A stretch of DNA of 64,000 nucleotides from positions 1,792,001 through 1,856,000 of the forward strand of contig CAVUDW010000002.1 in NCBI GenBank assembly GCA_963740355.1, given 5' to 3'. Positions 19,342-28,376 of this stretch are shown here, in pieces. The position numbers and the translations under genes are program-made. The DNA is from an uncultured Gemmatimonadaceae bacterium (GTDB taxonomy: Bacteria > Gemmatimonadota > Gemmatimonadetes > Gemmatimonadales > Gemmatimonadaceae). Positions within the stretch are counted from its first letter, which is position 1. Each line of letters begins with the position of its first letter. The notes under the pieces were generated by a model, which made no database searches, was not told the origin of the DNA, and saw nothing but the letters and a program-made list of their open reading frames with translations.

Positions 19342-20460
19342 TTGATTTCAGTGTCTCGCGCGCGTACCGCAGGAAGCAAGCATCAGGAAGTCTTCGCCAC
19401 GCTCCTCCGTGAGATCCAGAGCGGGCGATGGAAGGAAGGAGAGAAGCTGCCCAGCGAGGCGGCACTCACAGAGCGATTCGCGCTCTCGCGGATCACCGTC
19501 GGTCGTGCACTGCGCGACCTCCAGGCCGCGGGCTACATCACCCGCCGCGCCGGCTCGGGAAGCTTCGTCACCCCGACCAACAACACGTCTGGCCGAACGT
19601 TCGGCATGTTGATCGCCGACATCAGCGAAACCGACGTGTACGAGTCCATCCTGCGCGGCATGATGGCCGCTCCCCTGGCGCGCGAACACGCCGTCGTCTC
19701 CGCCAGCGCGCCCTCCGATGCCGAGCCGGGGGATGTCGAAAAGCGCGCCGAGCGGGCATGGCAGCTCTGCAAGCAATACATCGATCGCCACGTGGATGGC
19801 GTCTTTTTCGCGCCAGTCGGCATGTCGCCCGTCGCGGGTGACGTGAACCACCGAATCGTGAAGGCGCTCGACGACGCACGCATTCCCGTCGTCCTGCTCG
19901 ATCGGCCGGTCACGCCGTATCCCGACCCGGGACGCCACGACCTCGTCGGCATCGACAATCGACTGGCCGGATACGTGATGACGGAGCACCTGCTGCAGCG
20001 CGGTGCGCGCCGCGTCATCTTCGTGCGGCAGCCGACCAGTGCGCCAACCGTCGATGCCCGGGAGTCTGGCTACAAGCGTGCGATGCGCGAGAAGTACGAC
20101 GCCGTGGATGGTGTGCGCCTCGATCCCGCCAACGCCACCGCCGTGCGGGCGATGCTGCGCACCCACGCGCCGGATGGCATCGTCTGTGCCAATGACCGCG
20201 TCGCGGGACGTCTGATGCACACGCTGTTGCGTGTCGGTGTGCGGATCCCCAGCGACCTGCGGCTGGTGGGAATCGACGACGTGGCCTACGCCTCGCTCCT
20301 GCCCGTGCCGCTCACGACCTACCGCCAGCCGACACTGCAGATCGGTGAGGTGGCGCTCTCGATGATGCTCACGCGCGTGGCGCGCCCGGAACTGCCGGCG
20401 CACGACATCCGCCTGCGGTGCGAGCTGATCGTGCGCGAATCGTGCGGTCGCGCGTCATGA
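19342..20460 (+). CDS. GntR-family regulator with LacI-type sugar-binding domain (AraR-like)
   Basis: GEKLPSEAAL..RFALSRITVGRAL..L wHTH; VLLDR, GIDN, CANDRVA, PLTTYRQP. Start uncertain (19342 or 19351). Confidence 0.9.
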   Translation: MISVSRARTAGSKHQEVFATLLREIQSGRWKEGEKLPSEAALTERFALSRITVGRALRDLQAAGYITRRAGSGSFVTPTNNTSGRTFGMLIADISETDVYESILRGMMAAPLAREHAVVSASAPSDAEPGDVEKRAERAWQLCKQYIDRHVDGVFFAPVGMSPVAGDVNHRIVKALDDARIPVVLLDRPVTPYPDPGRHDLVGIDNRLAGYVMTEHLLQRGARRVIFVRQPTSAPTVDARESGYKRAMREKYDAVDGVRLDPANATAVRAMLRTHAPDGIVCANDRVAGRLMHTLLRVGVRIPSDLRLVGIDDVAYASLLPVPLTTYRQPTLQIGEVALSMMLTRVARPELPAHDIRLRCELIVRESCGRAS

Positions 20461-20585
20461 GCGTCGTGGCGAGTCCAACCGTGAAGCGCATGGTGCATCG
20501 CATGGTGAATCGCCACGACGCACTGCTCGTGAACCGGCGTACGTCCGCGTCCAGCGTGACGCAGCCCGATGGGCGCCCACTCGCG

Positions 20586-21896
20586 TCACCGCATCGCTGA
20601 GTACACCAGCACCTTGAATTGCTCACCGAGCCCGATGGTGGAGCCAAGGACGTTGGTGTAGATCAGCGCGACCAGCTGTTCTTTCGGGTCAGCCCAGTAG
20701 GTCGTGGTGAACGCGCCGCCCCACTCGAACGACCCGACCGTCAGCACCGAGCGGAAGTCGTTGTCCGGCGTTTCCAGCGCGAAGCCAAGGCCGAACGCCG
20801 GCTGCAGCCGCGGAATCTGGTTGGTCAGCATCAACTCGACGGTCTTGCGACTCACCAGTCGCACGCCATCCAGTTCGCCGCCGTTGAGGAAGAGTTGAAG
20901 GAAGCGCGCGTAGTCGGCGGTGGTGCCGGAGAGTCCGGCGCCGCCAGAGAAATACGACACCGGGCGCGCCGGGTAGTCGGGACGCATGGCGCTCTGCGAA
21001 CGCTCCATGACCTCCACCTTGCCGTCGGTCTCGGTGTGCAGCGTGACCAGTCGGCTGCGACGATCGGCGGGAAGCTCGAACCAGGTGTCCGTCATGCGCA
21101 GCGGCTCGAAGATGCGCGTGCGGAAGAACTGGTTCAGCGGCATGCCAGACCACACTTCCACGAGGCGACCGAGCACGTCGATGCTCAGGCCATAGTTGAA
21201 TCGTTCGCCAGGCTCGAACGCGAGCGGCAACTTGCCGAGGATCCGGATCTTGTCGGCAAGCACGTCACCTTCCGTGCCCAACGCGGTCAAGCCAGCCTTG
21301 GCGTAGATCGCCTTGAACTCATCACTGCCGATGTCGGCGTAGTCGAGCCCTGAGCTGTGCGTGAAGAGTTGCCGGATCGTCGTGCGGCGCTGCGCGGGCC
21401 TCGACGTGTAGCTGGAGTCGGACGGATTGAACTTCACCATCACCGTCTGCTTCTCGAACTCGGGGAGATACTTCGCGACCGGTTCGTCGAGCGAAAACCT
21501 CCCTTCCTCCCAGAGCATCATCGCCGCCAGCGAGGTGATGGCCTTGGTCTGGGATGCGATGCGGAAGATGTCGTCGGTACGGAGGGGGGCCTTGGTGCCG
21601 ACGTCGCGGTAGCCGAAGGCCTTGTGGTATTCCACCCGCCCATCGCGCACCAGCATCACGACCGCGCCAGGAAGCTTCCGTTCGGCGATCAAGCGTTCGA
21701 GCCAGGCATCGATGCGAGCCAACTGTGGCGCATTGAATGCGCTGCCACTGGCGCGGCGCGCTGGTGCGGAGGCTGCCGGCGACGGCTGTGCGCCAAGTGG
21801 CGATGACAGCGCCCATGCAAGCGGCAGGAGCGTCGCCGTTGCCGCGACGCGAGAAACCGGACCACGCAGTAGCGCAGTACGAAACAGGGAACGCAT
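20586..21896 (-). CDS. Exported serine hydrolase, beta-lactamase family
   Basis: FRIASQTK (SxxK), LFTHSSG, PGERFNYG, WGGA, WADP. Confidence 0.9.
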   Translation of the reverse strand: MRSLFRTALLRGPVSRVAATATLLPLAWALSSPLGAQPSPAASAPARRASGSAFNAPQLARIDAWLERLIAERKLPGAVVMLVRDGRVEYHKAFGYRDVGTKAPLRTDDIFRIASQTKAITSLAAMMLWEEGRFSLDEPVAKYLPEFEKQTVMVKFNPSDSSYTSRPAQRRTTIRQLFTHSSGLDYADIGSDEFKAIYAKAGLTALGTEGDVLADKIRILGKLPLAFEPGERFNYGLSIDVLGRLVEVWSGMPLNQFFRTRIFEPLRMTDTWFELPADRRSRLVTLHTETDGKVEVMERSQSAMRPDYPARPVSYFSGGAGLSGTTADYARFLQLFLNGGELDGVRLVSRKTVELMLTNQIPRLQPAFGLGFALETPDNDFRSVLTVGSFEWGGAFTTTYWADPKEQLVALIYTNVLGSTIGLGEQFKVLVYSAMR

Positions 21897-22073
21897 GTCG
21901 ATTTGACCGAAGGGGGCAGGGGCGCGCCAGACGCTGGATTCGCCGAGGCGAAATAGGCGTCTGGGGCCGCTGGAGGTCAAATCCGGCTCAGCGTGTCAGA
22001 CGAAGTCATACGCACGCGTGACCTTCGCCGAGCCGTTTCGAATCGCCCTCGCGAGTGTGATCGCCGCCGACAG

Positions 22074-23543
22074 TCAGGGGCGTGCGCCCGCATCTGCGGC
22101 CGGTCGCGGCGTGGCGCCGGCGTCCAACCCATAGACATCCTGATAAAACGCGACCGAGCCATCGGCGCTTGCGGCGGCCGTGGCGTAGATGATGTGTACG
22201 GGAATTGCACGCTGCAGCTCGACGCGTGTCGGCATGCGCGAGTTCATGGCGGCGCTGATCGCAGCGGCATCCCATCCACCCTGCGCCTGCAGCAACAGGG
22301 CCGCCAACGCGGCCGGATCCGCCACACGCACACACCCGTGGCTGCGATCCCGACGATCGAGCAGGAAGTCAGGCTTCGTTGGCGTGTCGTGCAGGTAGAC
22401 ATCGTACTTGTTCGGGAACATGAACTTCACCTTGCCGAGGGCATTCGTGCCGCCGGGCAGCTGGCGGATACGGGCCTTGCCCTTGGTCACCAGCGAGACG
22501 CTGGCCGCGGTGGCTGGCAGCACCTGACCGCGAAGATTCAGGATCTGGTACCCGTTCATCGTCAGCACGTACGGGTCGCGCCGCGCAATCGGCAGCAGCT
22601 CCGATTTCACGAGACTCATCGGCACGTTCCAGTACGGGGCGAACTCGATGTAGCGCATCGAGTCACTGAAGATCGGCGTCTGGTGGTTGCGCGACTCACC
22701 GACCACCACGTCCATCGTCGTCACGCTGGCGACGGTGTCGTGCGCTGACGTGAGGACGTAGAGCTCGAAGGCCGGCACGTTGACGATGACCGAGAGGCCA
22801 TCGCTCTCGTGTGGGAGCGAACGCCAGCTATCCAGCGCCCGTTCGATCTGGGCCACGCGACCGACGATGGCCGGATTGACGGTGGCCAGCGACCGATAGC
22901 GCGGTAGCGACTGGCGAAGCTGTGCGTACTGCAGGTACTTCGGTTCGACGCCATCGAGCACTGCGGCGGGCGAGGCGCCAGAGGCGAGGTCGCGAAAGGC
23001 CGCGTACACCGCATCCGAGTCCGGTCGCGCTGACGAATCGGCGAACGCCCGACCCCACCGCAGCGCCCGCAGGACGCGCATCGAGGCGACGCTCAGACGA
23101 TTGTCGAATTCGAGGCGTTGGTCGTCACTGCTGAAGGGCGCGTCGGCCAGCGCGTGCAGCCCCGTGACATCGAAGTCGGCGGGCGCCAGGCCACGGTCGC
23201 CGATGTCGTCGAGCGCGGCGAGCAGCGCTCGCGCGGTCGCCGTTGCCGACACGCCGCGAGTCCAGAGCAGCGTGCGATCACCCGAGCCGTAGGCGCGCTT
23301 CAAGTCCTCGATGCGACTGGATGACTTGGCACTGGCGCTGTCGGCAGCGGTGTCGCGAACGACGGCCGCATATTGCAATCCTTCAGCGGCCCTGGCTGTG
23401 CGTTGTGCTACAGTCGCACGCTGTACGGTAGACGTGCGTGGTGCTGATGTCGTGCGTTGTGCGTGCGCCTGCGATGCCAGCGAAAGGCACAGCGTCGCGA
23501 AAAGCGTACACCGGAAAAAGCGTGCAATCGTGTCCTGCAGCAT
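22074..23543 (-). CDS. L,D-transpeptidase (YcbB/LdtD-like)
   Basis: VNVPAFEL, PYWNVP, NALGKVKFMFPN, YLHDT, SHGCVRV catalytic motif. Confidence 0.9.
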   Translation of the reverse strand: MLQDTIARFFRCTLFATLCLSLASQAHAQRTTSAPRTSTVQRATVAQRTARAAEGLQYAAVVRDTAADSASAKSSSRIEDLKRAYGSGDRTLLWTRGVSATATARALLAALDDIGDRGLAPADFDVTGLHALADAPFSSDDQRLEFDNRLSVASMRVLRALRWGRAFADSSARPDSDAVYAAFRDLASGASPAAVLDGVEPKYLQYAQLRQSLPRYRSLATVNPAIVGRVAQIERALDSWRSLPHESDGLSVIVNVPAFELYVLTSAHDTVASVTTMDVVVGESRNHQTPIFSDSMRYIEFAPYWNVPMSLVKSELLPIARRDPYVLTMNGYQILNLRGQVLPATAASVSLVTKGKARIRQLPGGTNALGKVKFMFPNKYDVYLHDTPTKPDFLLDRRDRSHGCVRVADPAALAALLLQAQGGWDAAAISAAMNSRMPTRVELQRAIPVHIIYATAAASADGSVAFYQDVYGLDAGATPRPAADAGARP

Positions 23544-23944
23544 GGCGCTATGGGATGAAACGTGCGGCGTGGAGCACTAAGCCGACGCGTGAATATCCGC
23601 AGTCCGACGGCAAGGTCGGAGAGACCGATCCAGCAGCGTCGCCGGACGGAATTCGCACCGCTGGGCGTATGTCTGCATGCCCGAGCGATACCGCGCAGCT
23701 CATCCGCACCATCGCGACCACGCTCTGTGTGGCTACACCACTGCCATCACAAGGGTCAGCGACCTGCTTACGAGATCGATGCTGCTCTGTATGTGTAGCG
23801 ACTTCTGGCGCCCATCGCTACAGCAGGACGCCGACAATACATCTGATTGCGTGAAATGTCAGACATTGCCTCCATTCCGCCCCGCGAGCGCCATCGGTCG
23901 GCGGCGCAAAAGGGCCGTGTTGCCGACTCCCGGACGAGCCTGCG

Positions 23945-24385
23945 CTAGCGCTGGGGGCCGTCTTCCCATGCGGCCGCGACGATGCCGCTGGTGGCGAGCA
24001 CGGCGCGGATACCGAGTTCGAGGCGTTTCGGCACCGCCACGTCGACCCGTCGGGGAATCACGCCGAACAACCGCTTGCGGCGGTATGCCTGTACCCAGAG
24101 GCCCCAATCGCTCGATCCGGGGCGCCCGCCTTCATCGTGATCGTTGAGGTTGTAGATCGCGATCTCGAAGTCGACATCGTCCGCCTGCCCGGTGACGAGC
24201 CAACCCCAGTCCTCATCGAGGAACGTGGAATCGAACTTCCGGGCGGTCAGCCCCTCGCTGAGGAACGCTGCCACATCACGACCGTAAAATCGATTGCCCG
24301 CGTTGTACGCCTTCGGCAAGTCGCTCTGATGATCGAACTGGTCGGCCGTGAAGCGAAGCGAGAGAGACGGCGATGAGTCTGTCAC
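23945..24385 (-). CDS. Hypothetical protein
   Basis: NAGNRFYGRDVA.FL...EDWGW motif-like content; last gene of a co-oriented three-gene run; start GTG 24385 inferred. Confidence 0.65.
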   Translation of the reverse strand: MTDSSPSLSLRFTADQFDHQSDLPKAYNAGNRFYGRDVAAFLSEGLTARKFDSTFLDEDWGWLVTGQADDVDFEIAIYNLNDHDEGGRPGSSDWGLWVQAYRRKRLFGVIPRRVDVAVPKRLELGIRAVLATSGIVAAAWEDGPQR

Positions 24386-24454
24386 GAAGACGCTCCGGTG
24401 GTGGGACAGCCTCAGGCGCTGATCGAAGCGCACGCAGCGAAGATCAACGCCCGT

Positions 24455-24844
24455 TCAGCCAGCGTCAAATGCTGCGACCAGCTTGCGTGGCGCCGTCCGA
24501 CGCCAGGCGTCGCTGATCATCTCGAACAACACCGCCGAGCGAATCGCAGCCAGGCGAACCAGCACCGCCGGATAGTCGCGATAGTGATCGGTGATGAAGA
24601 AGGCGGCGGTGTCTGCGTCGAGCAGGTAGTCGCGCTCGAGCATGGTGCCGACCCCGATCACCACCACACCGTCCTCGCGGAGGCGGACAAAGCCCTTCTT
24701 GCCGACCTTCAGTGCCGGCGTGCCATACGACGTCGCCAGCTCCACGCTCGGCAAGGTGAGCCCGAAATGAACCAGTTCGTCCCACGTCACACCGGTTCGT
24801 TGCGTTCGTCGTGTGGCGACCTTGCGTGCGGCCTTCTTCACCAT
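24455..24844 (-). CDS. MmcQ/YjbR family protein
   Basis: SYGTPALKV.KK.F, FFITDHYRDYPAVLVRL, AWRRTAP. Confidence 0.85.
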   Translation of the reverse strand: MVKKAARKVATRRTQRTGVTWDELVHFGLTLPSVELATSYGTPALKVGKKGFVRLREDGVVVIGVGTMLERDYLLDADTAAFFITDHYRDYPAVLVRLAAIRSAVLFEMISDAWRRTAPRKLVAAFDAG

Positions 24845-24861
24845 TCCTCACACCTCTGAAG

Positions 24862-25680
24862 TCACCGCGTAGCTGTGACCAGCTGTCCCTGAATCGATCC
24901 TTCGATCGGTCCCACGCCAAATCTGGCAGCGAGGGCGCTCGCAGTGGCAGCGGTCACGCGATCGAGAAGGTCTGCGCCGCGCGACAGGATCTCGTTCCGC
25001 ATCGGCGTGCCTTGACAGTACGCAACAGCTGCGTGTTTCGCAGAGGCGGAGTGACTGCGATGCGTGATGGTCTCGAAAGCCGCCGGCGCCGAGAATCCAG
25101 CGGCCTCGAGATGCTGCTGGATCACTGCCGGGTCGTGGTAGCCGTGCGGAGTGCGCGCCATGAATTGCGGGGGATCGTCGGCGAAGAACGCCGCCAACGC
25201 CGAGTTGACGGAGTCTGCAAACTCGTTGTTCTCGAGCCCGTTCCAGACGCTGAACAGGAATCGCCCACCGGGCACCAGCACGCGTCGTGCCTCTGCGAAC
25301 GCCATCACCTTCTCGGGGAAGAACATGGCACCGAACTGGCACACCACCACGTCGAAGCTTTCGTCAGCGAAGGGCAGCGCCTGCGCATCGGCCTGCCGCC
25401 AGCTGACGGGTCGCCGCGTCCCGACGGCTTCCGCCTGCGCCATCATTGACGGATTGAGATCGGTGGCGACCAGCATCGTGGCATCAGGCAGCAGGGCAGA
25501 GATGGCGCGTGTGACGACGCCGGTTCCCGCTGCCACTTCGAGCACACGACCCGGCGCCAGCGTCGCCACGCGTCGAGCCACATCCTGTGCATACGGCTCG
25601 AAGATCATCGGCACCATCAATTCGTCGTACAGTGCGGGAATCGATCCGGTGAACGCTCGATCGGTATCAGCTGTGGTCAT
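24862..25680 (-). CDS. Class I SAM-dependent methyltransferase (UbiE-like)
   Basis: VLEVAAGTG, DAQALPF.DESFDVVVCQFG, RVLVPGG. Confidence 0.9.
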   Translation of the reverse strand: MTTADTDRAFTGSIPALYDELMVPMIFEPYAQDVARRVATLAPGRVLEVAAGTGVVTRAISALLPDATMLVATDLNPSMMAQAEAVGTRRPVSWRQADAQALPFADESFDVVVCQFGAMFFPEKVMAFAEARRVLVPGGRFLFSVWNGLENNEFADSVNSALAAFFADDPPQFMARTPHGYHDPAVIQQHLEAAGFSAPAAFETITHRSHSASAKHAAVAYCQGTPMRNEILSRGADLLDRVTAATASALAARFGVGPIEGSIQGQLVTATR

Positions 25681-25856
25681 GTGAGATCCGTACCTGAAAT
25701 CGGTTGATGTGCGCGAGGCGGGAGATCGTCAGGCCAGCAGCTTTGCCATGCGACGGACACATCGGGGCAACGTGTCCACTCCCTCGAATGTCTCCTGCGT
25801 CGTTCACGACGAAATCGTGCCATCAGCCTGGAATCGTTCCGACGGCGAACGGTCGA

Positions 25857-28199
25857 TCAAAGCGTGATTCGGCGTCTGACGACGGTGATGTCGCCCATCT
25901 GCACTGGAATCGTCCCCGCCGGTCGCGCTGGAATCAGGACGTTTGCGAGCGTCGGGAGTCCTGACGACATGCTCTCCAGTTCCAGTGCCATCGGCTTCGT
26001 TCCCTTGGCCAGCGTAAAGTCGATCACGAATCCTGAATCCGGCGGCGCGTTGAACTCGAAATTCCATTGCGCCTGACTGCGACGGAAGCGCGCGGTGTCG
26101 ATCACTCGACCATCCACCGCTGCCTTCGATACCTGCGAGCCGATCACCTGCACCCTCGTCCCGAGGACGGCGTGCGGCGACAGGATCCGCACCCGCACGA
26201 CTCGACCCTCGGCCCGGACCGCGTCACTGAGGATCTGTGCCGTTGGCCCAGGAGCAGCGACACGAGCGACGCGCCGCGCTGCGAGTCGGGACTGTGCCCC
26301 GAACGTGCTGCCGAGCCACTCCGGCAAACGGCCGGCTGCGGTCGAGTCTCCAGCGCGACCGATCAACGGATCAGCGCCGAGCGCCATCGCGCCCCAGCTT
26401 CCGGCGGAAGCGACCGACGCTGGTGTCACCAGCCAGGCGTCGTGGTCCGCGCTGTCGGCGTCGATCGCGTACGCCAGCAGCGACGATGCCGGATGGTCGA
26501 TCGTGCTGCGCACGGTGATGGCGCCGAACACGCAGAGCGCGACCGCAGGAACCAGAAGCATCATCGCGGCACGGGCGCGACGTTCACCCGCGATGGCCTC
26601 GAATTGAGGCGCGAGCAGCGCGGCCAGCAAGCTGACCAGCACCGCTGTCGCAATGCCACCGGTGCCGATCATTCCAAGGACAACCGGTCCGAAGAGCGCA
26701 ATGATGGGCACCATCACAGCCAGCGCGACCAGTGTCGCGAACCAACCACCGATGTCACGAGCCGCAGCGTTCGTGAACGCGACCGTGGCCAGCAGCGCGG
26801 CCAGCAATGGCCACACGAACAGGAAGCTCGCCCCCGCCTGCGTGAAGGAGAGATAGACGCTGAGTGCGGTCCACAGGGCCAGCACGCCGCCATACGCACC
26901 GTCGGCATTGGCCCATCGTCTCGCGAGTGCCCAGCATCCGTAGGTGACGGCCATCGCGAGCAGCACGAACGCCGTGCCGTACACGCCGCTGAAGGAGGGA
27001 TTGCCGCCGATCGGCACGTGGATGCGCGCGATGAGCGTACCCACGCCAAAGACCGCGCCGGCTGACGCCACCACGCCGACAGCGGTGAGCGGCGCGCCCA
27101 GCAACACACCTCGAAGCCAGCGTGGGTCGCGACGGCGGATCTGCCAGAGCGCGATCAGCAGCAGCACCAGCAGGACGATCGCGAGCGGACGCGCGACCGA
27201 CTCGGGATAGTAGATCACGCCAACGAGCGGGAGATCGCTGAAGACGGCATCGCCGGTGACGGGGCGGGGGAGTGGTCCGTTCGCGAGCGCGCGAGTTAGC
27301 ACCAACGCCTGCGCCCCTTCCTGCTGCAGGCTGCCCGGGTTCTGGTGGGCGAGATCATCCTGCGTGGTGTGGTACCGATCCACGCGGTCCACGAACGCAT
27401 AGTTCAGCGCGGGCTTGCCGAGCAGCGACACCTCCGACAAGTCGGTGTCGTTCGGCAACAGCCGATAGATCGTGACGGTGAGCGACGACGCGCTCACATC
27501 AGGCGCCGTGCGCAGCAGTCGCACGAGGTCGAGGTTTCCCGGGCCCGTCTCGAACATCGCCGAGCGCCCGCTGGTGCCACGCGCCTCGAAGTTGATCGTG
27601 ACCGCCACATCCTTCGCCCATGGATGTTCACGCACGAAGGCGGCCGCGCCGAGCAGGCCGGCTTCCTCGCCATCTGTAAAAAGGACAATCAGGTCGTGTG
27701 TAAGCGGCGGGCCGGCCCGTAGCGCGCGCAACGTCTCGAGGATCACCGAGACGCCGGATGCGGCATCCGACGCCGCCGGCCCCGCTGGAACTCCGTCGTA
27801 GTGAGACATCAGCATCACGGCCGGGCCGCCGGGCGTGGTGCCTGGCAGGCGCGCCACGATGTTGCGCACATGGCCGAGTGCCTGATAGCGGGTGCCGACT
27901 GCGGTGGCGTCCTGTGAGTCAGGCGCGATGCCAAGCCCTTTCAACGCACCGAGCAAGTAGGTGCGAACACGCTCGGCGTCTGCGCTGCCAATCGGATGGG
28001 GGCGCTGCGCGATCTCGCGCACATGCTGCTGCGCACGGATTGCGGAGAATTCGGTCGCCGCAGCGGTGGCAGGTACGGGCGATGGTGGTCGGTTGGCGCG
28101 CACCACCAGCGCAGCGCAGAGGCCGACCAGCGCCGCGGCGCGGAACAGTCGAGCGAGACCCGATGGTGATCGGTGCGTCGCGTCGTGCGGCTGCGGCAT
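25857..28199 (-). CDS. Membrane-integral M28 family metallopeptidase (ERMP1-like)
   Basis: SHYD, ASDAASG, DGEEAGL.GA, NFEARG, NDTD, YHT followed by about 8 TM helices. Start moved from 28286 to 28199 (inferred) because 28286 abuts the riboswitch. Confidence 0.88.
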   Translation of the reverse strand: MPQPHDATHRSPSGLARLFRAAALVGLCAALVVRANRPPSPVPATAAATEFSAIRAQQHVREIAQRPHPIGSADAERVRTYLLGALKGLGIAPDSQDATAVGTRYQALGHVRNIVARLPGTTPGGPAVMLMSHYDGVPAGPAASDAASGVSVILETLRALRAGPPLTHDLIVLFTDGEEAGLLGAAAFVREHPWAKDVAVTINFEARGTSGRSAMFETGPGNLDLVRLLRTAPDVSASSLTVTIYRLLPNDTDLSEVSLLGKPALNYAFVDRVDRYHTTQDDLAHQNPGSLQQEGAQALVLTRALANGPLPRPVTGDAVFSDLPLVGVIYYPESVARPLAIVLLVLLLIALWQIRRRDPRWLRGVLLGAPLTAVGVVASAGAVFGVGTLIARIHVPIGGNPSFSGVYGTAFVLLAMAVTYGCWALARRWANADGAYGGVLALWTALSVYLSFTQAGASFLFVWPLLAALLATVAFTNAAARDIGGWFATLVALAVMVPIIALFGPVVLGMIGTGGIATAVLVSLLAALLAPQFEAIAGERRARAAMMLLVPAVALCVFGAITVRSTIDHPASSLLAYAIDADSADHDAWLVTPASVASAGSWGAMALGADPLIGRAGDSTAAGRLPEWLGSTFGAQSRLAARRVARVAAPGPTAQILSDAVRAEGRVVRVRILSPHAVLGTRVQVIGSQVSKAAVDGRVIDTARFRRSQAQWNFEFNAPPDSGFVIDFTLAKGTKPMALELESMSSGLPTLANVLIPARPAGTIPVQMGDITVVRRRITL

Positions 28200-28287
28200 G
28201 TCGCTGTTCTGCAAGGTTCCGTTCCGTGGCTGGGGAGGGCGCGCGTCTGGCCTCGAATTTACCGGTGTGCTACCTTCCGTGGACATA

Positions 28288-28372
28288 GACCGGGGTGCCC
28301 CGTGCCGCTTCTGGCGCGACGGCTGAGAGAGTCCCGCAGAACCTGATCCGGATCATACCGGCGTAGGGAGTC
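28288..28372 (+). ncRNA. TPP (thiamine pyrophosphate) riboswitch
   Basis: GACCGGGGUGC...GCUGAGAGA.UCCC..GAACCUGAUCCGGAUCAUACCGGCGUAGGGAGUC matches the THI-box consensus; ends 4 nt before the ATG. Confidence 0.95.
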
Positions 28373-28376
28373 ACGC

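Noticed and set aside
20488..20513. 12-bp tandem repeat gcatggtg(c/a)atc between convergent genes
   Set aside because: Two copies only; compatible with a chance local duplication.
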